From NCBI GenBank assembly GCA_963664825.1, contig OY761614.1, positions 3,200,001 to 3,264,000 on the forward strand: 64,000 nucleotides of DNA. Reading direction: 5' to 3'. A program made the position numbers and the translations under genes. Of this stretch, positions 1-10,022 are shown one piece after another; positions within the stretch are counted from its first letter, which is position 1, and the number at the start of each line of letters is the position of its first letter. This DNA is from an uncultured Holophaga sp. (GTDB lineage: Bacteria > Acidobacteriota > Holophagae > Holophagales > Holophagaceae). The notes beneath the pieces were generated by a model that searched no databases, was not told the DNA's origin, and saw only the letters and a list, made by a program, of their open reading frames with translations.

Positions 1-1
1 T

Positions 2-448
2 GGCTTCGTGCGGACCCCGAGAACCGAGGATGAATTTCCCCTGCATCACACGGCCGATCTCCCGGAGCTCCTGCCCCAGGCGCGACTGCTGGTGCTCTGC
101 GCCCCCCTCACGGCCGCCACCCGGGGGCTGGTGGATGGCCGCCTGCTGGCCCACGGAAACGCCGAATTGACCCTCATCAACGTGGGGCGGGGTGAGCAGG
201 TGGTGCTGCCTGATCTCATAGTGGCCCTGGATTCCGGGTACCTTCACCGGGCCGTGCTGGATGTCTTTCCCGTGGAACCCCTGGCTGGGGATTCCCCCCT
301 GTGGCGCCATCCGGGGATCACCATCACCCCTCATCACAGCGGTCCCTCGACGCCTCGCGCCATGATCCCCGATCTCCTGCCCAATCTGCGACGCTACGCG
401 GAGGGACTGCCTCCCGAACGGGCGGTGGACCGGGTGAGAGGCTACTGA
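2..448 (+). CDS. D-2-hydroxyacid dehydrogenase family protein, C-terminal part (truncated by window edge)
   Basis: Motifs PLT..TRGL, LINVGRG, AVLDVF..EPL and ITPH are typical of the NAD-binding domain. The frame is open from the window start. Confidence 0.85.
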   Translation, partial: GFVRTPRTEDEFPLHHTADLPELLPQARLLVLCAPLTAATRGLVDGRLLAHGNAELTLINVGRGEQVVLPDLIVALDSGYLHRAVLDVFPVEPLAGDSPLWRHPGITITPHHSGPSTPRAMIPDLLPNLRRYAEGLPPERAVDRVRGY

Positions 449-882
449 TGAGGGCCGTCATCCAGCGCGTGAAGCGGGCCCGAGTGAGCGCCGGAGGGCT
501 CGAGGCCGCCATCGGCCCGGGACTGCTGGTGCTGGTGGGTCTGGAGACGGGGGATACCGAGGCCACCTGCGCCTGGGCCGCCGCCAAGATCGCCAGCCTG
601 CGCATCTTCGAAGATGGGGACGGGAAGATGAACCTGGGCCTTCAGGACATCGGCGGCGAGATCCTGGCCATCAGCCAGTTCACCCTGGCGGGCAACCTCG
701 CCAAGGGACGCCGTCCCTCCTTCGAGGGGGCCATGGACCCCGATTCCGCCCGGAGCCTCTTCCGGCGCTTCCTGGAGTTCCTGGATGTCCAGCATCCAGG
801 TGTGAAATGCGGCTTCTTCCAGGAGCACATGGAGGTGGAACTGGTGAACGACGGGCCCGTGACCTTCGTATTGGAACGCTAG
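448..882 (+). CDS. dtd: D-aminoacyl-tRNA deacylase
   Basis: MRAVIQRV, SQFTL, GRRPSF and NDGPVT signatures. The ATG overlaps the upstream TGA (TGATG). Confidence 0.95.
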   Translation: MRAVIQRVKRARVSAGGLEAAIGPGLLVLVGLETGDTEATCAWAAAKIASLRIFEDGDGKMNLGLQDIGGEILAISQFTLAGNLAKGRRPSFEGAMDPDSARSLFRRFLEFLDVQHPGVKCGFFQEHMEVELVNDGPVTFVLER

Positions 883-890
883 GCGCGCCA

Positions 891-1553
891 CTAGGCCTTG
901 CCTCCTCCCCTCTTCAGGGGCAGGAAGACGACGGCTTCGAGAGCCTGGAACTGTCGGTGCCCTCGGCGCTTTCGGGCGAGGACCAGTTGATGAGGCCCTT
1001 CCGGGGGGCCCAGGGGGAGCAGGAGGCGGCCTCCCTCCCCGAGCTGTGCCCATAGGGCTCCAGGGATCTCTGGGGCCGCGCAACTGAGGAAGACCGCTTC
1101 GAAGGGGGCCTCCTCGGACCAACCCAGGTTCCCGTCGCCCTGGCGCAGATGGACGTTCTGGAAGCCCAGCTCTTCCAGCGTTCGGGTGGCCCGATGCACC
1201 AGACCCCCCTCCAGTTCGAGGCCGTAGACTTCGCGGCAGAGCTGCGAGACCACGGCGGCGGCATAGCCGCATCCCGAGCCGATTTCCAACACGCGCTCCC
1301 AGCCCTGCAATGCCAGGCTCTCGGCCATGGAGGCCACGATGTAGGGCTGGCTGATGGTCTGCGCGGGCCCGATGGGCAGGGGATGGTCCGCGTAGGCCTG
1401 GCTCCAGAGTTCCCTGGGGACGAAGCGGTGGCGAGGCACGCGGCCCATGGCCTCCAGGACCCGAGGATCGCGGATGCCCCGGGCCTCGATCTGCTCCCGG
1501 ACCATGGCCTGGCGGTTGGGCAGGAAGGGATCCTCTGCGGTCTCAGGGTCCAT
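891..1553 (-). CDS. pcm: Protein-L-isoaspartate O-methyltransferase
   Basis: VPRHRFV, QTISQPYIVA and VLEIGSGCGY motifs. Start chosen at MDPE. Confidence 0.93.
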   Translation of the reverse strand: MDPETAEDPFLPNRQAMVREQIEARGIRDPRVLEAMGRVPRHRFVPRELWSQAYADHPLPIGPAQTISQPYIVASMAESLALQGWERVLEIGSGCGYAAAVVSQLCREVYGLELEGGLVHRATRTLEELGFQNVHLRQGDGNLGWSEEAPFEAVFLSCAAPEIPGALWAQLGEGGRLLLPLGPPEGPHQLVLARKRRGHRQFQALEAVVFLPLKRGGGKA

Positions 1554-1647
1554 GGACTCTAAGTTGGCGCAAAATTCCAGCGTCGCCAGGCATCCAAGGG
1601 GTTTGGCCCCTCTGGGGACGTAGAATGGTCCTTTGCCCGGAGTCCGG

Positions 1648-2532
1648 ATGAAACGCCTTCTCCTTGCCGCCCTCGCCACGGGTTTCGCGCTTTTCGGCGC
1701 GGAGCCCGATGGCAGCATCTTCCCCAAGTTGAGTCCCGAGGCCACCGTCAGCCAGACCATCGGCACCACCACCGTCTCCATCGACTACCATCGTCCCCAG
1801 GTCCGGGGCCGGAAGATCTGGGGCGAACTGGTGCCCTTTGGCCAGGTGTGGCGCACGGGCGCCAACGAGGCCACCACCCTAAAGTTCTCGGATCCTGTGC
1901 GGGTGAACGGCCATCCGGTGCCCGCGGGCACCTACGCGCTCTTCTCCATCCCCGGGCCCGAACAGTGGACGCTCATCCTGAACAAGCGCTGGCGGCAGTT
2001 CGGCAGCTTCGAATACCAGCCCAAGGAGGACCTGCTGCGCTTCGACGTGAAGGCCAAGGCCGTCAAGGAACATTCGGAATGGCTCACCTACGAGGTCTAT
2101 CCCGCCAGCCGCAGCAGCGCCTACGTGGATCTCTACTGGGAGAAGCTGAGGGTCAGCTTCCTGGTGGATGTGGACGTGGACGCCATGGTGACGGCGCGGA
2201 TGAAGCGCGCCATGGGCCGAGCCGGCGAACGGGATTGGAAGCTCTATGCGGAGGCCGCCGAGTACTTCGTGGAGCAGGAGAAGGAGCTCAAGCAGGCTCT
2301 CACCTGGGCTGAGAAATCCATCCGCATCCAGGAGAACCCCACCAACCTCTCCGTGAAGGCCCGGATCCTGCGCGCCATCGGCCAGCCCGCCCAGGCCTAC
2401 CAGACCATGGAAAGGGCCCTGCGCATCGCCAGGGCCCAGAATGCGGGAGGAGCCGTCACGGGCCCCATCCAGGGCACGCTGGAAATGTGGAAGCGGCAGA
2501 ACGGCGGCAGCGCGCCCACTCAACGGAAATGA
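1648..2532 (+). CDS. Exported DUF2911-domain protein with C-terminal TPR-like helices
   Basis: Signal peptide MKRLLLAALA. Motifs SP.ATVSQTIG, Y.RP..RGR.IWG.LVP and WRTGANEAT. Helical C-terminus. Confidence 0.85.
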   Translation: MKRLLLAALATGFALFGAEPDGSIFPKLSPEATVSQTIGTTTVSIDYHRPQVRGRKIWGELVPFGQVWRTGANEATTLKFSDPVRVNGHPVPAGTYALFSIPGPEQWTLILNKRWRQFGSFEYQPKEDLLRFDVKAKAVKEHSEWLTYEVYPASRSSAYVDLYWEKLRVSFLVDVDVDAMVTARMKRAMGRAGERDWKLYAEAAEYFVEQEKELKQALTWAEKSIRIQENPTNLSVKARILRAIGQPAQAYQTMERALRIARAQNAGGAVTGPIQGTLEMWKRQNGGSAPTQRK

Positions 2533-2676
2533 GGGCGAAACCTCTTCGGGCTGGATCCCGAGGGGGACGAGGGGCTCGGAGGGGGGTCTCCTTGGTTGAA
2601 ACGTGAAATAAATATTTAAAATATCGCACCGCTTTTGGTTTTCCCGATTTCCAGAGGAAACGCCGCCCTTCCCCTG

Positions 2677-2692
2677 TGGCGAAGCTAGTGCT
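2677..2692 (+). promoter_or_regulatory. Candidate sigma-54 (-24/-12) promoter of the lysine operon
   Basis: TGGCGAAGCTAGTGCT has exact GG-N10-GC spacing. It is preceded by an AT-rich tract (about 2597-2625) in an otherwise very GC-rich region. Confidence 0.5.
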
Positions 2693-2877
2693 TGTTTGCT
2701 GAATGATGGGGGTCATCCTCCGTGGGGGGGGATTCCCGGGTGAGGCCCCTTCTGAGGGGGGTTAACCCTAATTAATAACTTTATTTTGGGGGTGTTTTTT
2801 GACTCAATACGCGTGATACGTTGATTTTTGGAAACCGGCTGATCGGTACTCCAATTCCTGTCTCAAAGGAGATAGCC

Positions 2878-3915
2878 ATGCCCATGGGCTGCAAATACGG
2901 ATCCCACCGCGTGCTCGTGCCGAAAGGCGCCCTTCCTCAGCCCGCGCAGAAACTCAATAACGATTTCTCGACGGTCTACGACAACGAGATCCTCGTGGAC
3001 GTGATCGCCCTGAACATCGATAGCGCCAGCTTCACTCAGATCGAGGAAGAAGCCGGCCACGATGTGGAGAAGATCGGCGCCAAGATCCTCTCCATCGTCG
3101 GCGAGCGCGGCAAGCAGCAGAACCCGGTCACGGGTTCCGGCGGCATGTTCATCGGCAAGGTGGCCAAGATCGGCGCCGCCCTCAAGGATCGCGATCTCAA
3201 GGTGGGCGATAAGATCGCCTCCCTGGTCTCCCTGAGCCTCACCCCTCTGAAGATCAACAAGATCCTCAAGATCCACCCCAAGATCGACCGGGTGGAAATC
3301 GAGGGCCAGGCCATCCTCTTCGAGAGCGGCATCTACGCCAAGCTCCCCGAGGACATGACCGAGAGCCTGGCCCTGGCGGCCTTGGATGTTGCGGGCGCAC
3401 CCGCCCAGACTGCCAAGCTCGTGCGGCCCGGCCATAGCGTCCTGGTCATTGGCGCCGGCGGCAAGTCCGGCATGCTCTGCTGCTACGAAGCCATGAAGCG
3501 CGTGGGCCCCACGGGCCGCGTGGTGGGCAACGTGCACTCCGCCCGGGATATCAAGACCCTGATGGATCTTGGGCTCTGCCATGAGGCTGTGCAGGGCGAT
3601 GCCTCCAGCCCCATCGAATTCCTGGATATCGTGACGAAGGCCAACCTGGGCCGGGAATACGACGTGGTCATTACCTGCGTGAACGTGGCCAATTGCGAGA
3701 TGGGCAGCATCCTGCCCTGCAAGGATGATGGGGTCGTCTACTTCTTCAGCATGGCCACCAGCTTCACCAAGGCGGCTCTGGGCGCCGAGGGCGTGGGCAA
3801 GGACGTCACCATGATCGTCGGCAACGGCTACACCAAGGATCACGCCGAGATCACCCTGTGGGAACTGCGGGAGAATCCTAAGCTCCGCAAGCTCTTCGAA
3901 GAACGCTACCTCTAA
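2878..3915 (+). CDS. kdd: L-erythro-3,5-diaminohexanoate dehydrogenase
   Basis: GCKYGSHRV, LNIDSASF, NPVTGSGGM, LDVAGAPAQ and GAGGKSG motifs. RBS AAGGAG. First gene of the kam cluster. Confidence 0.93.
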   Translation: MPMGCKYGSHRVLVPKGALPQPAQKLNNDFSTVYDNEILVDVIALNIDSASFTQIEEEAGHDVEKIGAKILSIVGERGKQQNPVTGSGGMFIGKVAKIGAALKDRDLKVGDKIASLVSLSLTPLKINKILKIHPKIDRVEIEGQAILFESGIYAKLPEDMTESLALAALDVAGAPAQTAKLVRPGHSVLVIGAGGKSGMLCCYEAMKRVGPTGRVVGNVHSARDIKTLMDLGLCHEAVQGDASSPIEFLDIVTKANLGREYDVVITCVNVANCEMGSILPCKDDGVVYFFSMATSFTKAALGAEGVGKDVTMIVGNGYTKDHAEITLWELRENPKLRKLFEERYL

Positions 3916-3926
3916 TAAGTCCCACC

Positions 3927-3966
3927 GCCAGGACGCCAGGGAAGGTTCTTCCTCTGGCGTCTTGGC
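3927..3966 (+). other. Intergenic stem-loop between kdd and the aminotransferase gene
   Basis: Inverted repeat GCCAGGACGCCAG / CTGGCGTCTTGGC with no strong U-tract. Confidence 0.6.
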
Positions 3967-4019
3967 ATGTTTCCAGATAGAGGAAAATGCAGGACGGTTC
4001 ATCTTTCACGGAGGAAACC

Positions 4020-5276
4020 ATGGTTCAGGCAGCGCCGAAGCTCAATCTGACCAGGTCCATGAAGATGTATGAGGAGAGCCAGAGGCTTTCCCCCGGTGGG
4101 ATGATGGGCATCCGTCGGCCGTACAACTTCGTTGTCGGCGAGTACCCGATCTTCCTGGAACGCGGCTATGGCGGCCACATCGTGGATGTGGACGGCAACG
4201 ACTACATCGATATGCTCTGCGCCTACGGGCCGATCATCCTGGGCTACAACGAGCCCGAGATCAACGAGGCCGTGAAGGCGCAGATGGAGAAGGGCTTCTG
4301 CTTTTCGCTGGTTCAGCCCATCCAGAACGAGCTGGAGCGCAAGCTCATCGAGCTCATTCCCAGTGCCGAGCGCGTCATCCTGGTCAAAACCGGATCCGAC
4401 GCGACGACCCTTGCCACGCGCATCGCCCGGGGCTACACGGACCGGACTAAGATCCTGCGCTGCGGCTATCACGGCTGGCACGACTGGGCGGTGGAGGTGC
4501 ATGGCGGTGTGCCCCCCTGCGTGCAGGAGCTCACCATCGAATTCGAGTATGGCGATTTAAATGACCTGGAGGCCAAGCTGAAGGCGAACCAGGGAGAGGT
4601 GGCCTGCATCATCATCACGCCCGTGGGTCATCCACTGGCCAAGCCAGTCATTCCGCCTCCCGAGGGCTACCTGGAGGGGGTCCGGGAGCTGGCGGATCGC
4701 TACAAGGTCGTGCTCATCTTCGACGAGATCCGCACGGGCTTCCGGGTGGCCCTGGGGGGGGCCCAGGAGCGCTATGGTGTCACGCCGGATCTCTCTACCT
4801 TCGGCAAGGCCATGGCCAATGGCTACGCCCTCAGCGCCGTGGTGGGCAAGGCCGAATTCATGAACGTCTGCGAGAAGAAGGTCTTCGTCTCCTCCACCTT
4901 CTTCCCCAATAGCCTGGAGATGGCCGCCGCGCTGAAGTGCATCGAGATCCTCCAGCGGGACAAGATCCTCGATCAGGTCTGGGAAAAGGGCGCGTGGTTC
5001 CTGCAGGCGTTGAAGACCGTAGTGGCGGCCTCCAAGGTGCCCGTGAGCGTCAATGGCATCCCTCCCATGCCCTTCCTGTCTTTCGAAAAAGTGGACGGTT
5101 TCCACAAGGAACGCCGCGAGACGTTCTATACCGAGACCATCCGCCGGGGCCTGTTCATCCAGCCCTACCACCACTGGTACATCAGCGCCCGCCACACCCA
5201 GGCCGATCTAGACAAGGCCGTCTGGGCCATCACCGAGGCGCTGGCCATCGTGAACGCGCACTACCCGGTCAACTAA
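4020..5276 (+). CDS. kat: Class-III PLP aminotransferase (GSA-aminomutase-like), probable 3-aminobutyryl-CoA aminotransferase
   Basis: DVDGNDYID, GSDA, GYHGWHDW, FDEIRTGFR and the PLP lysine in FGKAMANG. Lies between kdd and kce in a cluster with no kal. RBS GGAGG. Confidence 0.8.
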   Translation: MVQAAPKLNLTRSMKMYEESQRLSPGGMMGIRRPYNFVVGEYPIFLERGYGGHIVDVDGNDYIDMLCAYGPIILGYNEPEINEAVKAQMEKGFCFSLVQPIQNELERKLIELIPSAERVILVKTGSDATTLATRIARGYTDRTKILRCGYHGWHDWAVEVHGGVPPCVQELTIEFEYGDLNDLEAKLKANQGEVACIIITPVGHPLAKPVIPPPEGYLEGVRELADRYKVVLIFDEIRTGFRVALGGAQERYGVTPDLSTFGKAMANGYALSAVVGKAEFMNVCEKKVFVSSTFFPNSLEMAAALKCIEILQRDKILDQVWEKGAWFLQALKTVVAASKVPVSVNGIPPMPFLSFEKVDGFHKERRETFYTETIRRGLFIQPYHHWYISARHTQADLDKAVWAITEALAIVNAHYPVN

Positions 5277-5311
5277 AAGTCATAACCGAACCCCGATACA
5301 GGAGCCCAGCC

Positions 5312-6136
5312 ATGGACAACAAGCTCATCATCACCTGCGCGGTCACGGGCGCGGAGACGACCAAGGAAATGCAGCCCGCCCTGCCTGTCACGCCCGAGGA
5401 GATTGCCACCAGCACCCTGGAGGCCTATGAGGCGGGGGCTTCCGTGCTCCACCTGCATGTCCGCCAAGCCGATGGCACCCCCACCCAGGACGTGGCCATA
5501 TTCCAGAAGGCCATCGAACTGGTGCGCGCCAAGTGCGACATCGTCATCGAATGCACCACCGGCGGCGCGGCCTGGATGACGCCCGAGGAGCGGCTCCAGC
5601 CCGTGACGCTCAAGCCGGAGATGGCCAGCCTGGATTGCGGAACTGTGAATTTTGGCGACGAGTACATCGTCAACACGCTGCCCATCATGCGCCAGTTCGC
5701 CGAGGCCATGCGGGATGGCGGTGTGCGCCCCACCCTGGAATGCTTCGATCTGGGGCATGTCTACGCCAGCCACATCCTCATCAAGGAGGGACTGCTGCAG
5801 GAGCCCTTCCACTACGGCCTGGTGCTCAACGTGCCCGGCGCCGCCAAGTACGATGTGGATGTGCTGGAATTCCTGGTCCGCAAGCTGCCCAAGGGGGCCT
5901 TCTGGACGGCCTTCGGCATCGGCGGCAAGGCCAACGTCGATAGCATCTACGCCACCATCGCCCTGGGCGGCAATCTCCGCGTGGGCTTCGAGGACAACAT
6001 CTACTACGGCAAGGGCCGCTTGGCCAAGTCCAACGCCGAGCTGGTGGAGCGGGCGGCCCGCATCGGCAAGGATTGCGGCCGCGAATTGGCCCGCCCCGAC
6101 GATGTCCGGCAGATGCTCCAGCTTAGGAAGGCCTGA
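5312..6136 (+). CDS. kce: 3-keto-5-aminohexanoate cleavage enzyme (BKACE/DUF849)
   Basis: KLIITCAVTGAE, HLHVR, TTGG, ASLDCGTVNFG and RVGFEDN motifs. RBS AGGAG. Confidence 0.93.
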   Translation: MDNKLIITCAVTGAETTKEMQPALPVTPEEIATSTLEAYEAGASVLHLHVRQADGTPTQDVAIFQKAIELVRAKCDIVIECTTGGAAWMTPEERLQPVTLKPEMASLDCGTVNFGDEYIVNTLPIMRQFAEAMRDGGVRPTLECFDLGHVYASHILIKEGLLQEPFHYGLVLNVPGAAKYDVDVLEFLVRKLPKGAFWTAFGIGGKANVDSIYATIALGGNLRVGFEDNIYYGKGRLAKSNAELVERAARIGKDCGRELARPDDVRQMLQLRKA

Positions 6137-6145
6137 CATGAGGGT

Positions 6146-6192
6146 GCAGCTCCCGGCAGCCGCCTTCTGAAAGAGGCTGCTGCCGGGAGTGC
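6146..6192 (+). other. Strong intergenic stem-loop between kce and kamA
   Basis: CTCCCGGCAGC...GCTGCCGGGAG perfect 11-bp arms, extended by an imperfect inner stem. Confidence 0.65.
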
Positions 6193-6269
6193 CCGACTGG
6201 AACCTTCGCCCCTGGTGCCGGGATCGGCATGGAAACGGACTCCTCTCCCATTTTTTTAGCGAGAATTTC

Positions 6270-7532
6270 ATGAGATACAACTCTGTAGACTGGCGCTCCA
6301 TCGATCTCTTCAAGAATGTCACCGCGGAAGAGTGGAACGACTGGCGCTGGCAGCTCAAGCACGGCATCCACGACGTGGAGACCCTTGAGAAGGTCATCGC
6401 CCTCACCGACCAGGAGCGCGCGCACCTGCAGGAGTGCCTCAAGAAGTTCACCATGGCCATCACGCCCTACTACGCGGCTCTCATGGATCGCAATGATCCC
6501 AATTGCCCGGTGCGCATGCAGTCCGTGCCGCGCCTGGCCGAGCTGCACGACGATCCTTCGGATCTCGCCGACCCGCTCCACGAGGATGTGGATAGCCCCG
6601 TCCCCGGGCTCACTCATCGCTATCCCGACCGGGTGCTCCTGCTGGTGACCAACATCTGCTCCATGAATTGCCGCCACTGCACCCGGCGTCGCTTCGTGGG
6701 GGATACGGACGTGGATATGCCCGAGGAGCAGATCGCCAAGGCCATCGAATACATCCGGAAGACCGAGACCGTGCGGGACGTCCTCATCTCCGGCGGCGAT
6801 CCGCTGGTATTGGGCGACGATCAGCTGGAATCCATCCTCAAGCGGCTCCGGGCCATCGATCACGTGGAGATCATCCGCATCGGCACGCGCACGCCCGTGG
6901 TGATGCCCCAGAGGATCACCGATTCGCTGGTGGCCATGCTCAAGAAATACCACCCGGTCTTCATCAATACGCACTTCAACCATGCCAAGGAGATCACCCA
7001 GGAATCCCGGACCGCCTGCGCCAAGCTGGCCGACGCCGGCATTCCCCTGGGCAACCAGAGCGTGCTCCTGCGCGGCGTCAACGATCAGACCGAAGTGATG
7101 AAGCAGCTCGTCCACAAGCTGCTGACCATCCGCGTGCGCCCCTACTACATCTACCAGTGTGATCTCTCCCTGGGCATCTCCCACTTCCGCACGACGGTGG
7201 ACAAGGGCATCGAGATCATCGAGGGCCTTCGCGGGCACACGACGGGCCTGGCCGTGCCCACCTTCGTGGTGGACGCTCCCGGGGGCGGCGGCAAGATCCC
7301 CGTCATGCCCAACTACCTCATCAGCCGGGGCGAACACCGGGTGGTGCTGCGGAACTACGAGGGCGTCATCACCACCTACACCGAACCCGTGCATACGACG
7401 GCGGCGCCTGTGGCCAAGCTCGAACCCAGCCACAAGGTCTACAAGGCCCTGGATGGGGTGGCCACCCTGTTGTCCGGGGAGAGGCTATGCCTCGAACCGG
7501 CGGAACTCTCCCGCAAACAGCGGAAGTTCTAG
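6270..7532 (+). CDS. kamA: L-lysine 2,3-aminomutase (radical SAM, PLP)
   Basis: [29 protein letters not shown] (CxxxCxxC), ISGGDPL and [10 protein letters not shown] motifs. Confidence 0.96.
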   Translation: MRYNSVDWRSIDLFKNVTAEEWNDWRWQLKHGIHDVETLEKVIALTDQERAHLQECLKKFTMAITPYYAALMDRNDPNCPVRMQSVPRLAELHDDPSDLADPLHEDVDSPVPGLTHRYPDRVLLLVTNICSMNCRHCTRRRFVGDTDVDMPEEQIAKAIEYIRKTETVRDVLISGGDPLVLGDDQLESILKRLRAIDHVEIIRIGTRTPVVMPQRITDSLVAMLKKYHPVFINTHFNHAKEITQESRTACAKLADAGIPLGNQSVLLRGVNDQTEVMKQLVHKLLTIRVRPYYIYQCDLSLGISHFRTTVDKGIEIIEGLRGHTTGLAVPTFVVDAPGGGGKIPVMPNYLISRGEHRVVLRNYEGVITTYTEPVHTTAAPVAKLEPSHKVYKALDGVATLLSGERLCLEPAELSRKQRKF

Positions 7533-7549
7533 CAGGGATCGGGGGATTC

Positions 7550-8407
7550 ATGGCGGGCATCGAGGGCGCAGCGGGGGCGGTGACGGCGATCACCGGCTTC
7601 GAGAAGGGGTCGGGCAAGACGACCTTCCTGAACTACGCCCTGCCGCTGGTGCGCCAGGCCGGGCCCGTGGCCGTCTTCTCCATCGGCGTGGACGGCGCCC
7701 TGAAGGCCAGGGCCACCAGCGCCCCGCCTCCCGAGATCCGCGTGGAGGCAGGCGACCTGGTGATGACCACCGATGCCTTTGCCAGGGCTGCCACGGCTCG
7801 TTTTGAAATCCTCGAGGCCATCCCCGGGCGGAGCACCCTGGGGCGCCTCTTCCTGGGGCGGGCCCTGCGGGGAGGCACGGTGACCCTGGTGGGCAGCGAA
7901 CACTTGAGCGTCCTGGCCGAACTCATCGCGCAGATCCGCCGGGAGGGCTGGGCCGCCTCCGTGCTCGTGGATGGCGCCGTGAGCCGCATCACCCAGGTCG
8001 CCGCCCTGGGGGATCTGGGATTCGTCTTCACCGCCCGCATCGACCGGGGCAATCTCCAGAGAGCCGCCGCCCGCATCCGCAACCTGGGCCTGCTGGCGGC
8101 CCTCCCCGTGGAACCGCATCCCTCGCCGGAGGTGCTGCGGATCGAGGGGCCTCTCCTCCCGGCTCACCTGACCGACCTTCCCAAGGGCACCCAGAGGCTT
8201 TCCGTGGAGGACTTCACCAAGGTCTTCCTGGAACCCGCGGAACTCGAACGGACGCTCCGCCACCTGGCGATCAGCGTGCGCCGGGAATTCCGCCTCCTCT
8301 GCTGCGCGGTGGCCCTGCGGGATATCACCCGCGCGGAGTTCCTCCAGGCCGTGGGTGAAAGCCTGGGGGATGCCATCCTGTTCAATCCCTTCGAGGTCGC
8401 CTGCTGA
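7550..8407 (+). CDS. kamB: KamB-like protein (lysine 5,6-aminomutase reactivase partner)
   Basis: N-terminal P-loop-like G.EKGSGKTT.LN, IGVDG and LVDGA..R. Position between kamA and the MutS-like gene. Confidence 0.7.
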   Translation: MAGIEGAAGAVTAITGFEKGSGKTTFLNYALPLVRQAGPVAVFSIGVDGALKARATSAPPPEIRVEAGDLVMTTDAFARAATARFEILEAIPGRSTLGRLFLGRALRGGTVTLVGSEHLSVLAELIAQIRREGWAASVLVDGAVSRITQVAALGDLGFVFTARIDRGNLQRAAARIRNLGLLAALPVEPHPSPEVLRIEGPLLPAHLTDLPKGTQRLSVEDFTKVFLEPAELERTLRHLAISVRREFRLLCCAVALRDITRAEFLQAVGESLGDAILFNPFEVAC

Positions 8408-10005
8408 TGCGCGATTTCATTGGCTACGCTCAATTCGAGATGCTCTGGGAGCGCTTCCTGCCCGAGACCCCCTTCGGGCGCAGGGCCAAGGAATCCATGA
8501 CCGTCTTGGCGGAGCCTGAGGCTCTGACGCGCATCTGGGAGGAGACGGACCAGGCCCTCACGCTCCTCCAGGGGCTGGACGAGGATAGCGTCCGACTGAG
8601 CCGGATCCAGCATCACCTCAAGCGCTTGCCCCGGTTTTGCGAGGACTCCAAGCCCCTCTACGATGAAGTGGAGATCTTCCAGTTCAAGAAGTTCCTCCAC
8701 AACTACAAGAGCCTCGGGGAGTTGCTGGACCCGGAGACGCGCCGTGCCTTCGGCCTCCATTACGCATCCGAGGCCCTGGAACGGCTTCTGGATACGGGCC
8801 GTCAGAGCGCCGAGTCCTTCTACGTGGCCGACGCCTATTCCGAGAGCCTGGCCGAACTGCGGGCCGCACTCCGCGAGACGGATGCCGCCCTCAAGGCCCT
8901 GCAGGCGCGCCGGGCGTCTGAAATCCGGGCGCGGTGGGGCTTCGACTTCGGCAGCCGCGCCTTCCTGCTGGTGCCCAGGGATGCCCTGGGCCCTCTGGAA
9001 AAAGCCAGCGATCTGCTCCGGGTGGAGCCCTTCGACGAAACCAAATATGCCATCCGGATGCAGGCCTCGGGGGAGGAATTCGCCCTCCTGGAGCGCCGGA
9101 CCGCCCTGCTTTCCAGGGAACGCTCCGCCGAGGATGACGTGTTGGAGACGCTCTCCGAGGCCTTGCGGCAGGAAGGGGCGCGCTTTGCGCAGTACCGCCA
9201 AGCCGTCACGGGCTTCGATCTGGCCTTCGCCCGGGCGGGGCTGGCGCGGGAATTCCGCCTCAGGCGCCCTGCGCTTAAGAATGGGCCCATCGAGATCCGC
9301 GGAGGCCGCTTCCTGCCCTGCGAAGAAGCCTGTAGGGAGCTGGGCACCGAGTACGTGGCCCTGGACGCTCTTTTCGATGCGCAGGCCACCGTGATATTCG
9401 GGTCCAATATGGGCGGCAAGACCATTGTATTGAAGACCCTGGCCTTCCTCCAGCTCTGCGTCCAGATGGGGCTCTTCGTTCCCGCCGAGGCCTTCACCAC
9501 CCACCTCTTCGGCCATTTCCACTATCTCGGCGAGGGCCACGCCACGGCGGTGGCCCAGGGGCTCTCGGGCTTCGGGTTCGAGATCCGGCAGTTCGTGGAG
9601 GCCTCCCAGGATTTCAAGACTCCGACGCTGGTGCTCTTCGATGAATTCGCCCGCACCACCAATTCCCTGGAGGCCGAGGCCATCCTCTCGGCGGTCCTGG
9701 AATCTGTGGCCTCCCAGGCGGGGGTGGTGGCCCTCTTCAGCACCCATTTCCGGGGGGTGCGGCGTTTCCCGGGGGTCCGCTACCTGCGGATGAAGGGCCT
9801 GAACCGGGAGGGGCTGGACCTGGATCTGGCCTCCGGCACGGCGCTAGAGGCCCGCATCCGTCTCATCGACCAGCGCATGGAATACCATCTCGTCGCTGAC
9901 GAAGGCGGCTCGGGGGTTTCGGACGCCATCGCGGTGGCCAGCCTGCTGGGGCTGGATCCGGCCATCACGCGGCGGGCCGCCGATTTCTTCAATAACGGAC
10001 ACTGA
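8407..10005 (+). CDS. kamC: MutS-like ATPase KamC (lysine 5,6-aminomutase reactivase)
   Basis: Walker A GSNMGGKT, GLSGFG.E, Walker B LFDEFARTTN and STH. No mismatch-binding domain. Directly upstream of kamD and coupled to kamB by TGATG. Confidence 0.8.
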   Translation: MRDFIGYAQFEMLWERFLPETPFGRRAKESMTVLAEPEALTRIWEETDQALTLLQGLDEDSVRLSRIQHHLKRLPRFCEDSKPLYDEVEIFQFKKFLHNYKSLGELLDPETRRAFGLHYASEALERLLDTGRQSAESFYVADAYSESLAELRAALRETDAALKALQARRASEIRARWGFDFGSRAFLLVPRDALGPLEKASDLLRVEPFDETKYAIRMQASGEEFALLERRTALLSRERSAEDDVLETLSEALRQEGARFAQYRQAVTGFDLAFARAGLAREFRLRRPALKNGPIEIRGGRFLPCEEACRELGTEYVALDALFDAQATVIFGSNMGGKTIVLKTLAFLQLCVQMGLFVPAEAFTTHLFGHFHYLGEGHATAVAQGLSGFGFEIRQFVEASQDFKTPTLVLFDEFARTTNSLEAEAILSAVLESVASQAGVVALFSTHFRGVRRFPGVRYLRMKGLNREGLDLDLASGTALEARIRLIDQRMEYHLVADEGGSGVSDAIAVASLLGLDPAITRRAADFFNNGH

Positions 10006-10022
10006 GTCACACAGGAGTGAAC

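Noticed and set aside
2700..2877. Lysine riboswitch in the kdd leader
   Set aside because: I could not find the conserved L-box elements or the P1-P5 pairing by eye. An Rfam scan would settle it.
4020..5276. hemL (glutamate-1-semialdehyde aminomutase)
   Set aside because: Similar fold, but it lacks the typical HemL PGGVNSP.R and YHGH.D motifs and sits inside the lysine cluster.
8400..8410. Selenocysteine or read-through at the kamB TGA
   Set aside because: It is a TGATG stop/start overlap with kamC in another frame, which is ordinary translational coupling.
8407..10005. DNA mismatch repair MutS/MutS2
   Set aside because: Only the ATPase part is present, with no mismatch-binding or Smr domain. 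Its position before kamDE fits KamC.
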